A stretch of DNA of 32,000 bases from assembly GCA_038823825.1 (NCBI GenBank), contig JAWBCC010000001.1, forward strand, positions 431,421-463,420. The letters are read 5' to 3'. Below, piece after piece: positions 31,569 to 32,000 of the stretch. The position numbers and the translations under genes were made by a program. The notes beneath the pieces are model-generated. The model saw only the letters and a list, made by a program, of their open reading frames with translations. It made no database searches and was not told the DNA's origin. Position 1 is the stretch's first letter. The number at the start of each line of letters is the position of its first letter. The stretch comes from Candidatus Hadarchaeales archaeon (lineage in GTDB: Archaea; Hadarchaeota; Hadarchaeia; Hadarchaeales; Hadarchaeaceae).

Positions 31569-32000
31569 TCAGAGAGAAAAGTCAATCGGTTCAAAATTCA
31601 AAAAGCCCATACCGAAGGAGGATTTGGCTCCAGCTCCCAAAACCTTTCCAACTCCAAGCAGCCATCTCCCTGTCTCGTCCAGCTTATCGAACTCGTAATC
31701 AGCTATTCCCGTCCAGCAATGCCAAAATTCTCTCTTTCCAGTTCTTTGAGAAACGCCAACTAGGCGATGGTAACGTTGCATCACTGGCTTCACTTTCCCC
31801 TCACACGTAAAATCTCCAACCTTTTCCCCGCTTCCATATTCATTAACAAACCTCACTAAACGTTGGTGAATGAGCTTCAGCAGATGCTGCGGAGGGGGCG
31901 GAAAACCGAGAGGAAGCTGGATCGGGGTGTAGAAATTTACTCTTACTCTTCTCCCTTCAAAAGGTTGAAGTTTCTTGACGTCAATTTCCTTAAGCCGAGA
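31569..32000 (-). CDS. cas6: Cas6-like CRISPR endoribonuclease (RAMP), C-terminal ~143 aa; N-terminus outside window
   Basis: The track ORF starts at an internal GTG (31856), but the frame stays open to position 32000 (...LQPFEGRRVRVNFYTPIQLPLGFPPPPQHLLKLIHQRLVRFVNEYG...). The C-terminal GAGAKSSFGMG fits the Cas6 glycine-rich signature GhGxxxxxGhG and lies about 15 aa before the stop. Confidence 0.65.
   Translation of the reverse strand, partial: SRLKEIDVKKLQPFEGRRVRVNFYTPIQLPLGFPPPPQHLLKLIHQRLVRFVNEYGSGEKVGDFTCEGKVKPVMQRYHRLVGVSQRTGKREFWHCWTGIADYEFDKLDETGRWLLGVGKVLGAGAKSSFGMGFLNFEPIDFSL

Noticed and set aside
23530-31600. tRNA-Asp as attachment site of an integrated element carrying the protease, pckG and small genes
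   Set aside because: No integrase or recombinase ORF was found, and there is no convincing direct repeat of the tRNA 3' end. The best match is GGTTCAAAATTC at ~31579, inside cas6, against GGTTCAAATCC, which is too short to count.

Overview
Archaeal (euryarchaeote-like) chromosomal window, about 90% coding and mostly on the minus strand. (i) 1-9253 is a 17-gene co-directional superoperon mixing translation (nop10, aIF2-alpha, S27e, L44e), replication (GINS, PriS, PriL, PCNA, an OB-fold protein), transcription (TFS, RpoL), exosome Csl4, Dph2 and a few enzymes. Many of its junctions have 1-4 nt start/stop overlaps. (ii) 9415-14301 holds a Mer-like F420 oxidoreductase divergent from cofE-cofD, a PHP phosphoesterase, and a catalytically intact form III-type RuBisCO. 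(iii) 14347-22579 is the distal part of the archaeal ribosomal-protein operon (L6...L15-SecY-Adk-DUF106-L34e-Cmk-L14e-Cbf5). The operon stops abruptly upstream of L6, where S8 would normally follow. An accessory region (22.6-32 kb) follows. It contains a small exported protein, an orphan 5S rRNA, rpoP, tRNA-Asp and a ~1520-aa membrane-anchored S8 protease with six tandem ~100-aa modules. It also contains GTP-PEPCK, two small unknown genes (one with a likely homopolymer frameshift at its start), a 280-bp AT-rich non-coding stretch and the C-terminal half of a Cas6-like protein at the window edge. I saw no CRISPR array, transposase or integrase. All family calls rest on motifs read by eye and recalled family signatures, since no searches were possible. 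The most unusual material is the surface protease with its repeat modules, and the Cas6-proximal unknown genes.
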